This document shows positions 1 through 12,040 of a DNA stretch of 64,000 bases, piece by piece (positions within the stretch are counted from its first letter, which is position 1; each line of letters starts with the position of its first letter). The stretch covers positions 91,027 to 155,026 of the forward strand of contig MCFE01000144.1 in assembly GCA_002104905.1 (NCBI GenBank), written 5' to 3'. The stretch is from Basidiobolus meristosporus CBS 931.73 (Eukaryota > Fungi > Basidiobolomycota). A program made the position numbers and the translations under genes. A model generated the notes under the pieces. The model was not told the origin of the DNA. It ran no database searches and saw only the letters and a list, made by a program, of their open reading frames with translations.

Positions 1-2161
1 GCAAATATATTCAATACATTTGATGGTAAATGTTATAAATAACCCAAAGCAAGGGCCTCTCTGAAGGTGTATATGGCCATGCCTTAGCCTTGGTGCTGGA
101 TGGATTCTTACTAAATATGTACTCTGCCACCAAATCCTGCTGGTAACTAATTCTCATCTACCTGAAACTGCTGCCAATCTTATGATATCAAAGCAGGGAT
201 CTGATGGCAGTCTCACTGACATTGAAGCCTAAGTCACCATTCAACATGGATAGCTACCTGTATCCATTGCTGGATGATTTTGTAAGTTATCCAGCAGGAT
301 CCTAGTAAATGCTCCTCATATCAAAGCACTTATTTTTATCTGCATTGGAGATACCCCAGCCATTTTTCTTGCACAATAGATGGTATTGCTGTTGAATGTG
401 TGAGATCCAGGGAGTTAACTCCAAAACTCACAGATATAATCATTATCCAAGCATCAATACTAAGTTATATCATGTTTTTATAGAGAGAACATACCAATGT
501 CAGAATGCAATTGCAGCAAAGCTGGTCAGCTATAAGCCTCCTGCCAGAATACTGAGTTAATCAAAAACAGGATATACAAAAGATAGTGGAAATCTGTTGG
601 AGCAAAAGCTTTCCACTGAGAGCAATGCATATGCTCTTCAACAATATCCTAATATTAATGATCAAGTTGTACATGGGGCATTTTGACTGAATGAGCCCTT
701 TGAGATACTGAAAAAGCTGAAAGAATTGGTAAGATGATACAGAGTATTTGCAATGCAAAGAATTTGTAACAAGCTTTAATGAATACTGATATATATATAT
801 GCAACAATACAAATGTAAAGACTGGATGAACTGCATATACATTTATTCAAGGAGCCATCAGAAGCAATCTCTACCAAGAGTAGATTAGAAGTATTTAGAG
901 CTGTATGTAGATATTGTAGGAATATTTGTTCAGAAGCAGATTACAAAAGCCAATTTGGCATATTTACAGCTATTAGGCAAGGAGTTTGTGACAGGACTGA
1001 AGCAGCTATATTACTTGCATAAAGCTGAGCATATAGAACTATGCCACTGCTGCAACTATTTTCTACTCTATCTTGCTTAGTGTGTGGACCATGTTGAGCC
1101 TTGCTTCACCTTTTTAGAGTTTCTTATGAAGCAAAGCAATTCCAATGTGTGGGTAATCAGTTAAGTACTGCAAAGTTGAGCTGGATTTAATAAGCAACTA
1201 ATTTGTTTTAGGACAGCTTTGCCAAAGTATGCTGGGCTAATCTTGAGTGCAAGCCAATTTCTATATCATTCAATATGTAAGTCATACAAACAAGAATCAG
1301 AGCATATGTATAAGGGGGACTAGCATACAGCAGTAAGAAGGAATATCTTAGTCAAGTGCCTAAGAGTATATTGCAGATAATTATTTGGTATGCAGGTAAA
1401 AGTGGCAGCAACCAAGCATATATTTGCAAGATATATATGCTGCCAGCAATGTAAGGTACATGTTAGCTTTGCAAGTATCACCATGAGAAGTTTCAAATTT
1501 GAGGTGATAGAAATGTGCCATTACAGCAGGTGTGCCTGTATGGAAAGGTTAGTAAGAAGGGGGCCTTAGTTTGTTTTAACTTGAACTATATGTGAAATGC
1601 CAATGGTAGTGGTGGGTAAGCAAATAAATTGGGGTGCTTCTGCAGTGGAATCAATCAAAGGCACCAGGAGAGATAGCCAAACCAGTGCCATTTGGTAAAT
1701 TTGTATGGTAGCATTATACAGGACTAGCTTCAGTCAGTGTACTGTTGTTATGATGCCAACAGATGTCCACATCAGGGCTGTCAATTTACAGTCAATTTTT
1801 TTTGCTTATATGGTAATTAGATGTACTGGCTGTTCAGGTCCACTTAGATAAGTGTAGTCTGCATAAGCCCATTAGAATGCCATTCATCTGCTGTCAAAGA
1901 ACTGCCAAAACACTGTCAAGTATTTATACCTATTCAGTACTAAAATCAGCAAAATTTTATTACAATCCTCTAATATGATTGTGCAGAGAGTCAGTAATTT
2001 CAAGCTGCTGGTATTATGATGGGCACTTTGTGGGATCCCAATGGCTGAACCTGATTGGATCCACGCACACAACCAAATTATTTTTCATGGGGATGGTAAC
2101 CCTAAGCAACATCAATGATGTCAATAAAAACATTTTATTGAAAAAAATGATGAACTATATC
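1..2161 (+). mobile_element. Decayed CACTA/EnSpm DNA transposon relic (TNP2-like transposase fragments)
   Basis: Broken plus-strand frames give NTFDG, ALVLDGF, PKSPFNMDSYLYPLLDD, CIGDTPA, CxMCEIQG and later CGP.WA-like motifs, in the order seen in CACTA transposases. Many stops; only one CpG seen in 2.1 kb. Confidence 0.7.
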
Positions 2162-2509
2162 TGTTGCAAGAATCTTGGAAATATTGAAAGTGATTGGGAT
2201 AACAACTAGATCATGTGGTATTCACTTAATGATTCATTGAATGTTGAAGTAGTACTTATACTTTAAGTGGTTTTGGCATAAAAAACACATAGAATAGGTA
2301 TAGGAAGTTTGCAAGAGTATATGTGCAGAGTTTAGGGCTGTTTGGACAGCTTTGAGAATTTTCATGTTCCAGGTACCTGATATTTTGGTGAAAATATTCC
2401 CAGTAAATCCCAACAAGGAATTTGGTCAGTATTCCCTAGGATTTGAAGGGAATGTCACAAGTGACTAAGTTAGGTGAATATTTAGGTGGAATTACAAATT
2501 TTTACAACA
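2162..2509 (-). repeat. 3' LTR of Copia element
   Basis: TGTTG...TACAACA ends; aligns with 6457-6806; minus-strand PPT GAGTGGGAG abuts it at 2510-2518. Confidence 0.92.
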
Positions 2510-5500
2510 CTCCCACTCAGCTAAATCTTCATACTGACTAGTCCCAATTTTTGACCACGCATGTATAAACCTGTCTCTATCATTTCATCTGAAGGACAGT
2601 AAACTAAGCTCAGTAAGTTATTCACTATAGCTTCACATATGAAACAATGTCCAATATCTATGTGCTTAGTTCTAGCATGAAAATTTGGATTTCTACCTAA
2701 TTGTATACATCCTTGGTTATCTTGAAATAAAGTTATAGGAATTTTTTGACATAAGCCTAAGTCTGCAAAAAGCTCTCTGAGCCACATTGCTTTTTTTTGC
2801 TTCACAGGCTGCCATATACTCTGCCTCTGTGGTGGAAAGTTCAATGGTGGTTGCTTTCTTAAATTCCATCATATTGCTCCTTGACCATAGAGTAAGGTAT
2901 ATCCTGTGGTGGATCTTCTGTCTTCTGAGTTTTGTCCCCAATCAGCATCAGCATATCCCTCAAGATCCTGTTCTGAATCCATATAAGTATATCTTAAACA
3001 GATATTAGCCATTCTTCTTGGATATCTAAAAATCCACTTGACTGCTACAATATGATCAGATTCATATTTCTGATTATGCTGGCTGACAACTCCCACTGAA
3101 TATGAGATATCTGGACATGTTCCAAGCATGATATGCATCAGACTGCCAACTATAAATTGATAAGGAAAGTCAGGGCTATCAGATGGCCCTAATCTCTCTT
3201 GACTTGGTTGAGTTTTCACCAAGTCAAGGTTTGTCTCCATTGCAGTAGCTGCTGGTTTACAGTCTTCCATTTTGTACTTCTTTAGTATATCTTGAACATC
3301 GTTGGATTGGCTTAGGGTGATAGTCTGGATACTTCTGTCTATGGAGAGCTTAATCCCTAAGTAGTAACTGAGTTCTCCTAGATTTGGACATTTTGAGCTC
3401 CTTAGATAGGCTGGACTTAGTCTCTTCCAATGTTTCTAGATTATTAGTGGCTATAATAAGATCATCCAGATATAGAGCTAATAGAACTGGATTTGCTCTA
3501 TATGGCTTATAGTATATACTATAGTCAGCATTACTCCTGTTGAAACTCAAGACTCCACATAAGAATCTATCTTGCAATGCCAGGCTCTTGGTGACTGTTT
3601 AAGACCATATAGAGGCTTTTTGAGCTTGCAGATCAAATGGGGGTTATCTTGGTCAGCAAACCCATCAGGCTGGTCCATTTACATGTCCTTGTCAGGTTCT
3701 TCATTCCAAATGCAGTTTTCACATCCATTTGATAAATTTAAAACTTATATTTGGCTGCAATTGCCAATATTAATCTGATTGAATTAAACTTGGCTGCCAG
3801 TGCAAAGGTCTCAGTATAGTCAAGTCCTTTTGTTTGCAAGTATCCTTTGGCCATAGATCTTGCTTTATGTCTTTCAATTGTACCATCAGCCTTGGATTTT
3901 GTCTTGAAGACCCATTTGCATCCAATTGATTTTTGGTTGATTGATAATTTGACTTAGTCCCAAGTTTGATTTTCCATCAGGGTCTGATATTCCTCAATCA
4001 TTGCAGATCTCCAAAACTTTGTCTGAGGGCTACTAGGGCTTTTTTTACAGTCTAGGACTCACCAATATGAACTGAATAGGCATAGGCAAGGTTTGTACCC
4101 TCATTGATATAGTAATTTGGTCTATTTTTGTCTGGTTGGATTGCCAGGCATTTGATACTGGAATGATCACTTCTGGGATACTCCTGAGCACTGCTTCACG
4201 CTGAACAATGGTTGTAGAGTCCTCTAGGGTGAAAAGTTTGCATTGTTTTGTTCTGATTTAATCCTGACAATTGATGGACTTTGGATCATATTTTTGTTAT
4301 TGTCTGATGTCATTTTTTGTGCAAATTTTGAATTTTCATCAAGCAACACATGCTTGAACTTGATAAACTTCTTTGCTTTGGTATTGTAGAGTCTGTATGT
4401 GTTACTCTGATTGCAGTAACCCCAAAATATGCATTTAACACTTTTTGGCTCAAATTTTGACTGATTTCCAGGCAGTTTCTTTGCATGTGCTATACACCCA
4501 AATATTCTTAGATGCTCTGCACTGGGTCTATGTTCAATCCATGCTTCAGATGGAGTATAATCATCAGGTATTCTGCTATAACTCCTATTTTTAAGGTCTA
4601 CATCTGGGATATCTGATTCTGCCCAAAAATCATAGGATTATTTTTGATTATGGATCATGGATCTAGCCATATCAATTATTGCTATGTTTAAACATTCTAC
4701 TACTCCATTTTGCTGTGGGGAGTATGATACAGTAGTCTCTTGCTTCATCCTATTAATTTTGCAGAAGTGGATGAAGTGTGTTGAGGTATATTTTCCACCA
4801 TTGTCAGAACATATTTTATTGATTTTTGCACCAGTTTCTCTCTCCAACATAGCTTTCAACTCTCTGAACTTAGACAGAGCCTCATCCTTTCTCACTATGA
4901 AGCATACCCATGTGTATCTTGTATAATCATCAATAAAAGAGATTAAAAACTTCATCCCTCCTAAGGATAAGTTTTGCATAGGTCTACAGAGATCTGAGTG
5001 AGTTAGATCTAATTCTTTCATAGTTTTGATTAACCAAGAGCTCTTGAATGGTTGTCCGGCTTGTTTCCCATATATGCAGACTTCAGAGTGCTCCAAATTA
5101 GCTGGGGGATTAATCTTTACTCTGGAAATTAGTTGATCTTTGATCATTTTGCGCAAATTATCAACATTGTTGTGTCCAAATCTCCTGTGTCAAAGTATTG
5201 ATGTTTCTTCAATTAAGCTACTTATATTGGCTTCAAGATATGATGGAATATAAGCTAGCTTATACAGATTCTGATTTCTAATACCCAAAGCAATAAGGGC
5301 ACCTCTTTGATCAGTGATCATGCATCCAAAATTGTCAAAGCTGAAACCAAGTCCTTCTGCTATGGCCTTGCTTACAGATAGTAGGTTCTTGGCTATTTCT
5401 GGTACATAGAGTACTTCTTTAAAGGTCAGTGTATGGCTTCCATTACTGCTTCTAAGGCTTAATTGGATTGTTCCTTCTCCCACTGCATCAAATGTTCTAT

Positions 5501-6440
5501 TGTTACCTGTGAAAACCTTCTTAATTGGAATTTCTTTGTATTAAATAAAAAGTTCTTTTTGATGTATTAAGTGCTGAGATGCTCCAGAGTCATTATACCA
5601 TGCCTGAGAATCCTAGGTAGTGGTTCTATTTAATGAAGATGTGAATAGTCTGTCTTTGGTTGCTGCAGCATTTCCATACACAGGCTTCTTTTACTGTTAT
5701 CTCTCTTTTTCAGACACCAGTCTGATGTGTGTCCTTTCCTTTTGCAGTAGTTGCAAAACAGGTTACTGTTGCCTTTGTAGGGTCTTGGGACCTCCTTTGT
5801 TGGTTATCATTGCTTATTAAGGCATTTTCTTTTTCCTTCTTTTTGGCACTTGATTTTCTTAATTCTTCATCCAGGAGCCTTCCATATACATAATTAAAGG
5901 TCAATTCTTCAGACTGGACTCCAGGGCTGATATAAGACCCTGAAACTCATCTGTCAGGCTATTCAGGATGGTAACTATCACATCCTCATCAGTAGTTGGT
6001 ACGCCCACAGATTCTATCTCATCTACCAGCAGGGTAATTCTGTTAATTAGATTTTCATTTCTTCCCCTGGCAGCATCTTTATAGTAGAAATCTTGTTTCA
6101 GATACATTTTCTTAGCAGCTGAACATGAATGGTGGGTGTCTTCTAATGCCTTCCAGTCATTCTTTGCCGTTTTTGCTCTTGAGCATTGAATTAGCAACTT
6201 GTCTTCAACATCAAGGCAAATGCAATTAAAGGCACTGTGTTCTTTCTTCTGCTACTTCAAGGCTTCCTCTCCCACATTTCTAGGAGGGCATTCTTCTCCC
6301 ATGACAATATCCCAAAGGCCTCTTTCTTGTAGCAACATCTTCACCTTCACCTTCCACACTTGGTACTAAGATCCATCCCACTTTTCAGCAGAGGGAAAAG
6401 TTACAGTAATAGCAGTTGTAGACATTTCAGACAGTGACAG

Positions 6441-6456
6441 CTTGGGGCTCATAACC
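6441..6456 (-). promoter_or_regulatory. Primer-binding site of Copia (GGTTATGAGCCCCAAG)
   Basis: Directly follows the 5' LTR on the minus strand; resembles the GGTTATGGGCCC half-tRNA-iMet PBS of Copia elements; gag ATG follows shortly after. Confidence 0.85.
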
Positions 6457-6806
6457 TATTGTAAAAGTCTTGGAGCTATTGGAAGTGATTGGGATGGCAA
6501 GTAGATGATGTAGTTTTCACTTTAATGATTTATTGAATGTAAAAGTAGTATTTATACTTTTGCATGGTCTTGGCATTACAAACAAGTAGAATAGGCCAAG
6601 GAAGGTTCCAAGAGCATGAGTGCAAAGTCTGGGGCTGCTTGGACAACTTCAAGAATTCTCCTGCTCTGGGTACCTGGTAATTTGGTGAAAATATTCTAAG
6701 TAAGTCCCAACAAGAAATTTGGTCAGTATTCCCTAGGATTTGAAGGTAATGATCCACAAGACTAAGTTAAGTGAGTATTTAGGTGGAATTACAAATATTT
6801 ACAACA
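6457..6806 (-). repeat. 5' LTR of Copia element
   Basis: Aligns end to end with 2162-2509; terminal TG mutated to TA; followed by the TSD ATATC. Confidence 0.92.
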
Positions 6807-7299
6807 ATATCATCAGTATATTAACAAGATGTGGCACCTACAAAAGACCTAAATAGATTCATATAATAGGGACAACCACATCAATGCCAGTCAACATACC
6901 CTTCCACCAAGAAGGGATTGAACAAGTTGGCCCCTTCACTGAGGTGGCAAGTTGCTTCCACTGTCACTCCTTGCAATGTGTACTATACTAAATACAACCA
7001 CAGGCTTTTCCCTGTGTGAGATCATATACCCTATGAAAAATTATTGTGATGATCCAGTCAAAAGGCTGTCACAAATTTAAAGTCCCATGACTGAGAAGTA
7101 TTGATCTCATCTGGACACTATGTAAAGACCGTCAAAAAATAATTGCACACTAGATTTCACAAAAAACTTGGTCAAAATTTTTCATCACAACAACACAGAA
7201 GTGGCTTTTGATTGGTTCTCTGCCAATTTTCTCACTTCCTGATCCCAGACACTCTATCACCTCCTGCATGTGTGGGCATTGATCAGCTATTGCCTCTTT

Positions 7300-9190
7300 A
7301 TCACACTCCTAACTTCCTGATTCAACTGGTTCTCTTTCATTTCATGCATACATATTGATTTATTTCTGTTGAAACTTCAGTTGTACCACAATTACCATTT
7401 GTATTGACCTACACAAGTCCCTACACCTTACACTAACAATATGCCCAACCCCACACTCAACAAGTAACTTCATTAAAATCCACCACTCAATAGGTATTTC
7501 TGCTTTAAAGCTCTGTTTCCATGACTTTAGCAGCAACCTCTGCAAGTCTTTGCAATAAATCCTTGCAATATTCAAGTGTGTTTTCTTGAGCACTGCTCTT
7601 GAAGAAGTGCTGCAACTTCTTTGTGCGCCTATTAATGTTCTAAAATTCCAATGAAGGCATTGTCATAACCTTTGAGATCTAGATGCTGTTACTTTGTCTA
7701 GCAGTAGAATCTTCACTCTGTCAACCATGGAGGACATGGAGTCTGTGGTAGACAAATTTCCTTTCTCTGCAAACTCACCTACCTCACTGGAGTGTAGCTC
7801 AACTGGCTGCACTTCCAACTCTTGTGATAACAGCTGTTTTCTTGTTGGTAATTCTTCTTGGTTATAGTGGGATTCAGAATGCTCTGGGCTTATGGCAAAA
7901 ATTGGCACAAACTACAGCTTTTTTCCTATGCTTCCCTGTCTCAGGCTTGGGTATATGCTTTTCCCTTTACCTTTTCCTCAATCACTGCCAGGTCTTTCAC
8001 TGCTATTTTATATGAGTCTTTCATGTCTTGAATTATGTTTTCTCCTTGATAACTGCTGCTCCAATGCATCTGCTTTGGCCTGCTTGTCCCTTGATGGCAC
8101 TTTGCAGGCAATCTGAAGCTTCTTTCCTGCTTGTTTAAAGCTCTTAGCCCATGTGGTGATGGGCTCCTGAGGTAGCCAATGGTTTTTATCACTGCTAGGT
8201 CCTTCACTGCTACTGTAACTGGGTGCTTCTAGAGTGGAATTATTATTTTTCATTCATAAATGTTGTGCTGGTGCATCTGTGTCTGCCTGCTTTTTTCTTA
8301 TTAGCACTCTTCTAGCTACTTGATGTCTCTTTGATGCTTGTTTGGAGCTTTCAGCCCTGCTTGTAACAGTTCTTGAGGAAGCCACTGGTTTTTAGCTGTT
8401 GCACCCTTGTTCTTCTGCCTTTGATAGTTTCTACTATTCTTGAGATGCTTTCCTAGCATACTAATGCTGGCCCAAGATACCTTTGCTTATTTGAATCCAT
8501 GATAATGCTCATGGAAAAATTCAAGCACATTCTGCTTGGCCTTGAGTTCCTGATGGTCCCATGGCATGCAAGCCTTAAGGTGCAGGCATGTTATACTTCT
8601 AATAGCCTCATGAATATTAGCCCACTCTTTGTCATTGAACTTGACAGCTTAAACAGTTCTTCAATGTCCTTTTATTTTTAGGCTTTGGTATAAACACAAC
8701 ATTTTCTCCCTACCATGCTGTGATAGATTTATCTTTGGGCTTCAACTTTGGTCACTGATGTTGTGCTTCAAAGACTACATGGTGTTCCTCTGCTGTCTCT
8801 TTGGGAAATGGCTCAATTTTTGGCAGTGACACTGAGCTACTTGGGTTCCTTCTTTGCAGCAAATATACTGCCTTCTCTACCTGGGATATTGATTGCTCTA
8901 TACCTTTATCTACTCATCCTGTTTCTAGACTATTTGCAGATTTCTCTGAGCCATTGCATTTATCCTATCAGCCACTGCACCTAATTGGCTTATTGATGCT
9001 TTGGTATGAGCTGGCAACATACTTGCTAATACAGGTGGTGGTGATGTTATGACTGCCACTTGCTGATCCCCAGCTGAAGGTACTGCTTTTGCTACATTCT
9101 CATCTCCCTCAGCACTATGGTCAGCTTGCAGCTTCACAGAGATCCCCAATTGCCTACTTGACTGAGAGCCTGAGGAGTCTGCATTTTTAC
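7300..9190 (-). mobile_element. Unclassified CpG-depleted transposon ORF relic (possibly Mutator/FAR1-like)
   Basis: CpG-free stretch with a chain of broken minus-strand ORF pieces (8925-9212, 8008-8253, 7663-7908, 7360-7593). A YICCKEG...KRQQRN segment loosely recalls FAR1/WRKY-type domains. The family assignment is weak. Confidence 0.35.
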
Positions 9191-9199
9191 TTACAGTGG

Positions 9200-9970
9200 G
9201 CACACTACCCACTAGGTCTTTTTTGAGTGTAGCCCTGCTTCTTGCACTGAGATTGATTTGTCAAGATCTCCCAAGCCATGGCATTGGTATTCCTTCCTAT
9301 CAGTTACTTACATTTGCTTCCAAGTATGATGAGATATATGTCAACTTGCATAGAGTTGGATTGCTTGTACCTAAGGTATAATGGATACAATCTTGACCAG
9401 TGCATCTGCATTCAGAACTATCAGAACTGAGACTGAAGTTATTTTATGTGGCCTTGCTTACAGATAATGGATTCTTGGCTACTTCTGGTAGACAGAGCAC
9501 TACTTTGGAGCTAAGTGTGTGGCTTCCTTCTTTACTTCTGAGATTGAATAGATGGCTTTTAATATCTTGCTGGCAATATTTGCTATTCTTCACTTAGCAA
9601 GAGTGACTGCTTGGGGCCCATAACCTGCTGTAAACATTTGGTGATACAGGAAGTGAATGTGGCAATAAGTATATTATGACATTTTGACTAGATGCTTTAT
9701 CAATAGGAGTGTAGTATTTATACTGTTAAATGATCTGGAAGAAATACCCACATAGAATATGTTTGAAAGGTTCCACAAGCATGTGTACCAAGTAGGGAGC
9801 TGTTTGGACAACCTTGAAAATTCTCATGTATTGGGTACCTGAAATTAAAGGAAAAATATTCTAAATACATCCCAGCATAGATTTAGGTCAGAATTTTTTA
9901 AGGTTGGTAAGCAGTGATCCCAGCTATTAAGTTAGGTGAGTATTTAGATATGGTTACAGAACTTACAACA
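9200..9970 (-). mobile_element. Internally deleted Copia derivative of the same family (5' LTR 9626-9970, PBS 9610-9625)
   Basis: LTR TGCTG...TACAACA resembles the other two LTRs; PBS GGTTATGGGCCCCAAG. Downstream peptide KVVLCLPEVAKNPLSVSKA...SYLEANVS matches KEVLYVPEIAKNLLSVSKA...SYLEANIS of the full element, so gag is deleted. Confidence 0.85.
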
Positions 9971-10472
9971 GTAAGTTCAGAGAAACTTGGAGGTCAGCTG
10001 ATATTATGATGGTATTCTGCCAGCCTTGAGTTGAGTATTTTTTCTTAGGAATATGGGCTACAAGCTAGGCCATGAATCAAACTTGGATTAGCCTTGCGAT
10101 TGTGTCAACACAAGTTGTCCACAATATACTATGCCTCTTCAAGTGGTACTTATCACCAAGGTCAATCTCTGCATTGTATTGCAATCATGGAGAAAAATGA
10201 AGAATTCCCAATGCTTCAGGTGTCAGCGATTTTGAAGGAATTCTCACCGTCAGGATACTGAGCACACTAGCAAGAATGGTAACGATGGGTAACAGCAGAC
10301 CAAGAAGAGCATTGATCAATACGGAATTTTTGTGGCATAATTTGCATCCAAGCGATCATGCCCAATTCAGGTTTTCAAACCGGCTACACACTTGATAAAC
10401 CAGTGGCACGTGGGAATCAAGCGATTTATTAAATGAGGGAACACAAATGAACGCAGTGGGCTTGACCATCTA

Positions 10473-12040
10473 TCACAGGTACTCATCCTGGACGGCGAGA
10501 ACATCCTTCGGGGCAAATGTGCGCTCCAGGCTGCCCTGCCAATGATCATACCCGTGACCTTTCTGGAATTCGTCCAGTTTGGGAATCAGATACTCGTTCA
10601 GAACGATTGTCTTGCCACCGGAAGATTTTTCCCAACGCGCCCTCACTCCGTCCGCGGCCTCGATGTACTTCCAGCCATTTACAAATGGAGCGGGCATGTA
10701 CCCTTTCACGTTCTTGACTCGATGGGACACGCTAGGGTGAATCTCCTCCATGAACTGGTCGTAGTGAATCTCCTTGCTTCCAGCCTTCTCGAACGCCTTG
10801 GTCTCCCCTGGCTTACGACAGTAGGATGCCTTCCCGGATGACATGAGGGACGGTACCCACCAGAAGCTTGACCAAGAGTTGGTGTCTATAAGTACATCGT
10901 TGTTATTCCAAGCAATATTCCTCCATGCAGGAGTCAGGTTACGAATGCTCTTGTTCATCGTATCAAGGTTTGTTGCGCCGATTCTGAAGAGAATATACTT
11001 CTGCAAGGCGGTGCCACTGAGTTGCAGCAGGCGGAAGAGCTGATCACACATCCAGGAAAAGGCGATCTCGTCGACGCTGCTGGTATCAGCGGAGCCTTTG
11101 CCCTGCCCGCCAACGTCGGAGTGATAGCCAGGGAACCAGCACTGCTTAAGGTTCACACTTGTCGTGCCGTCTTCGTTACAGCAGCTGGAGTCAAGATACC
11201 ACAGAGTAGGCGGGAAATTGCCTCGAGTCTCGTCCAGCGCTAGCGCTTGGAATGCATTCTCGATTTCTGGTCGTAGTTAGCACATATGCGCATGTGATCA
11301 ATGAGAAAGGACTTACTAGGATTAAGTTTTGTCGAGTGGAAGTGTTTATCTTCTCCGGCTTGGCCAAACCAGTTGAAACCTCTCAGGCTACCAACGGTGT
11401 CCCAGACACCCACAACCTTGATCTTCACATGTTCGTGTGCGGCTTTTCTCAGATACGACAGGCGGGTACCATACGAAGGCCTTGGTGCGCCCTGCTGTGG
11501 TGGAACGGTGCCAAGCTCTCCAGCAATGAGCTCTCCCTGAGCCCACGCGGTCTCTTCAAAAGTCAAATCGCCTCTGCTCTTGTAGATACTGTAGACCTCA
11601 AAAAAGTGGTCCATCAGGAGAGGAGTTAGAAGCCCCACTTGACAGATAAAGCCAGCCAGAGACCGGGCTGTATAAGCGCCACGGGAGAAACCGAAAAGAA
11701 AGATCTCATCTCCAGGACCCCAATTGTTGGCGAGGAAGTTGTAAGCTTCGCAGACATTTTCCGCGAGACTGTCGCCAAATGCACCTTGGCGAGCTTTGTC
11801 GACGTGGGTTAGAGAGCCGGTACCCACACCAGACTGGTAATAGACTATCTGGGGGACTTTCTCACCCTCATTGTTGATACCGACCCTGGAAATCACTCGG
11901 CTCAAACGAGCAACATTACTGGAATAGTCCTCGGTTCCTTTGTCAACTCCGTTGAAAGTCCCGTCACAGCATACGATGAGTCGCTTCTTTATATTTCCTT
12001 GGGCCTGGGTGGATTTGCAAGCCAAGCAATTATCAGTCAT
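10473..12040 (-). CDS. DUF2235 / Tle1-like alpha/beta hydrolase, ~505 aa, 2 exons (intron 11267-11316)
   Basis: KRLIVCCDGT, VYYQSGVGTG, FLFGFSRGAYTAR (GxSxG), VGVWDTVG, ALALDE and QCWFPGYHSDVGG motifs. A 50-nt GTAAGT..GCTAAC..CAG intron joins the two ORFs in frame (NPK/IENAFQ). Confidence 0.93.

Larger units (their letters stand above)
2162..6806 (-). mobile_element. Full-length, decayed Ty1/Copia LTR retrotransposon
   Basis: Paired ~350-bp LTRs, 5-bp TSD ATATC (2157-2161 and 6807-6811), PBS and PPT. Order is gag (5620-6420), protease/GAG-pre-integrase (5190-5483), integrase (CSDNGGKY, PQQNGVVE; 4638-5156), RT (YLDDL, GYADADW) and RNase H (FQDNQG, RTKHIDI), which is the Copia order. Many stops and frameshifts. 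Confidence 0.95.
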
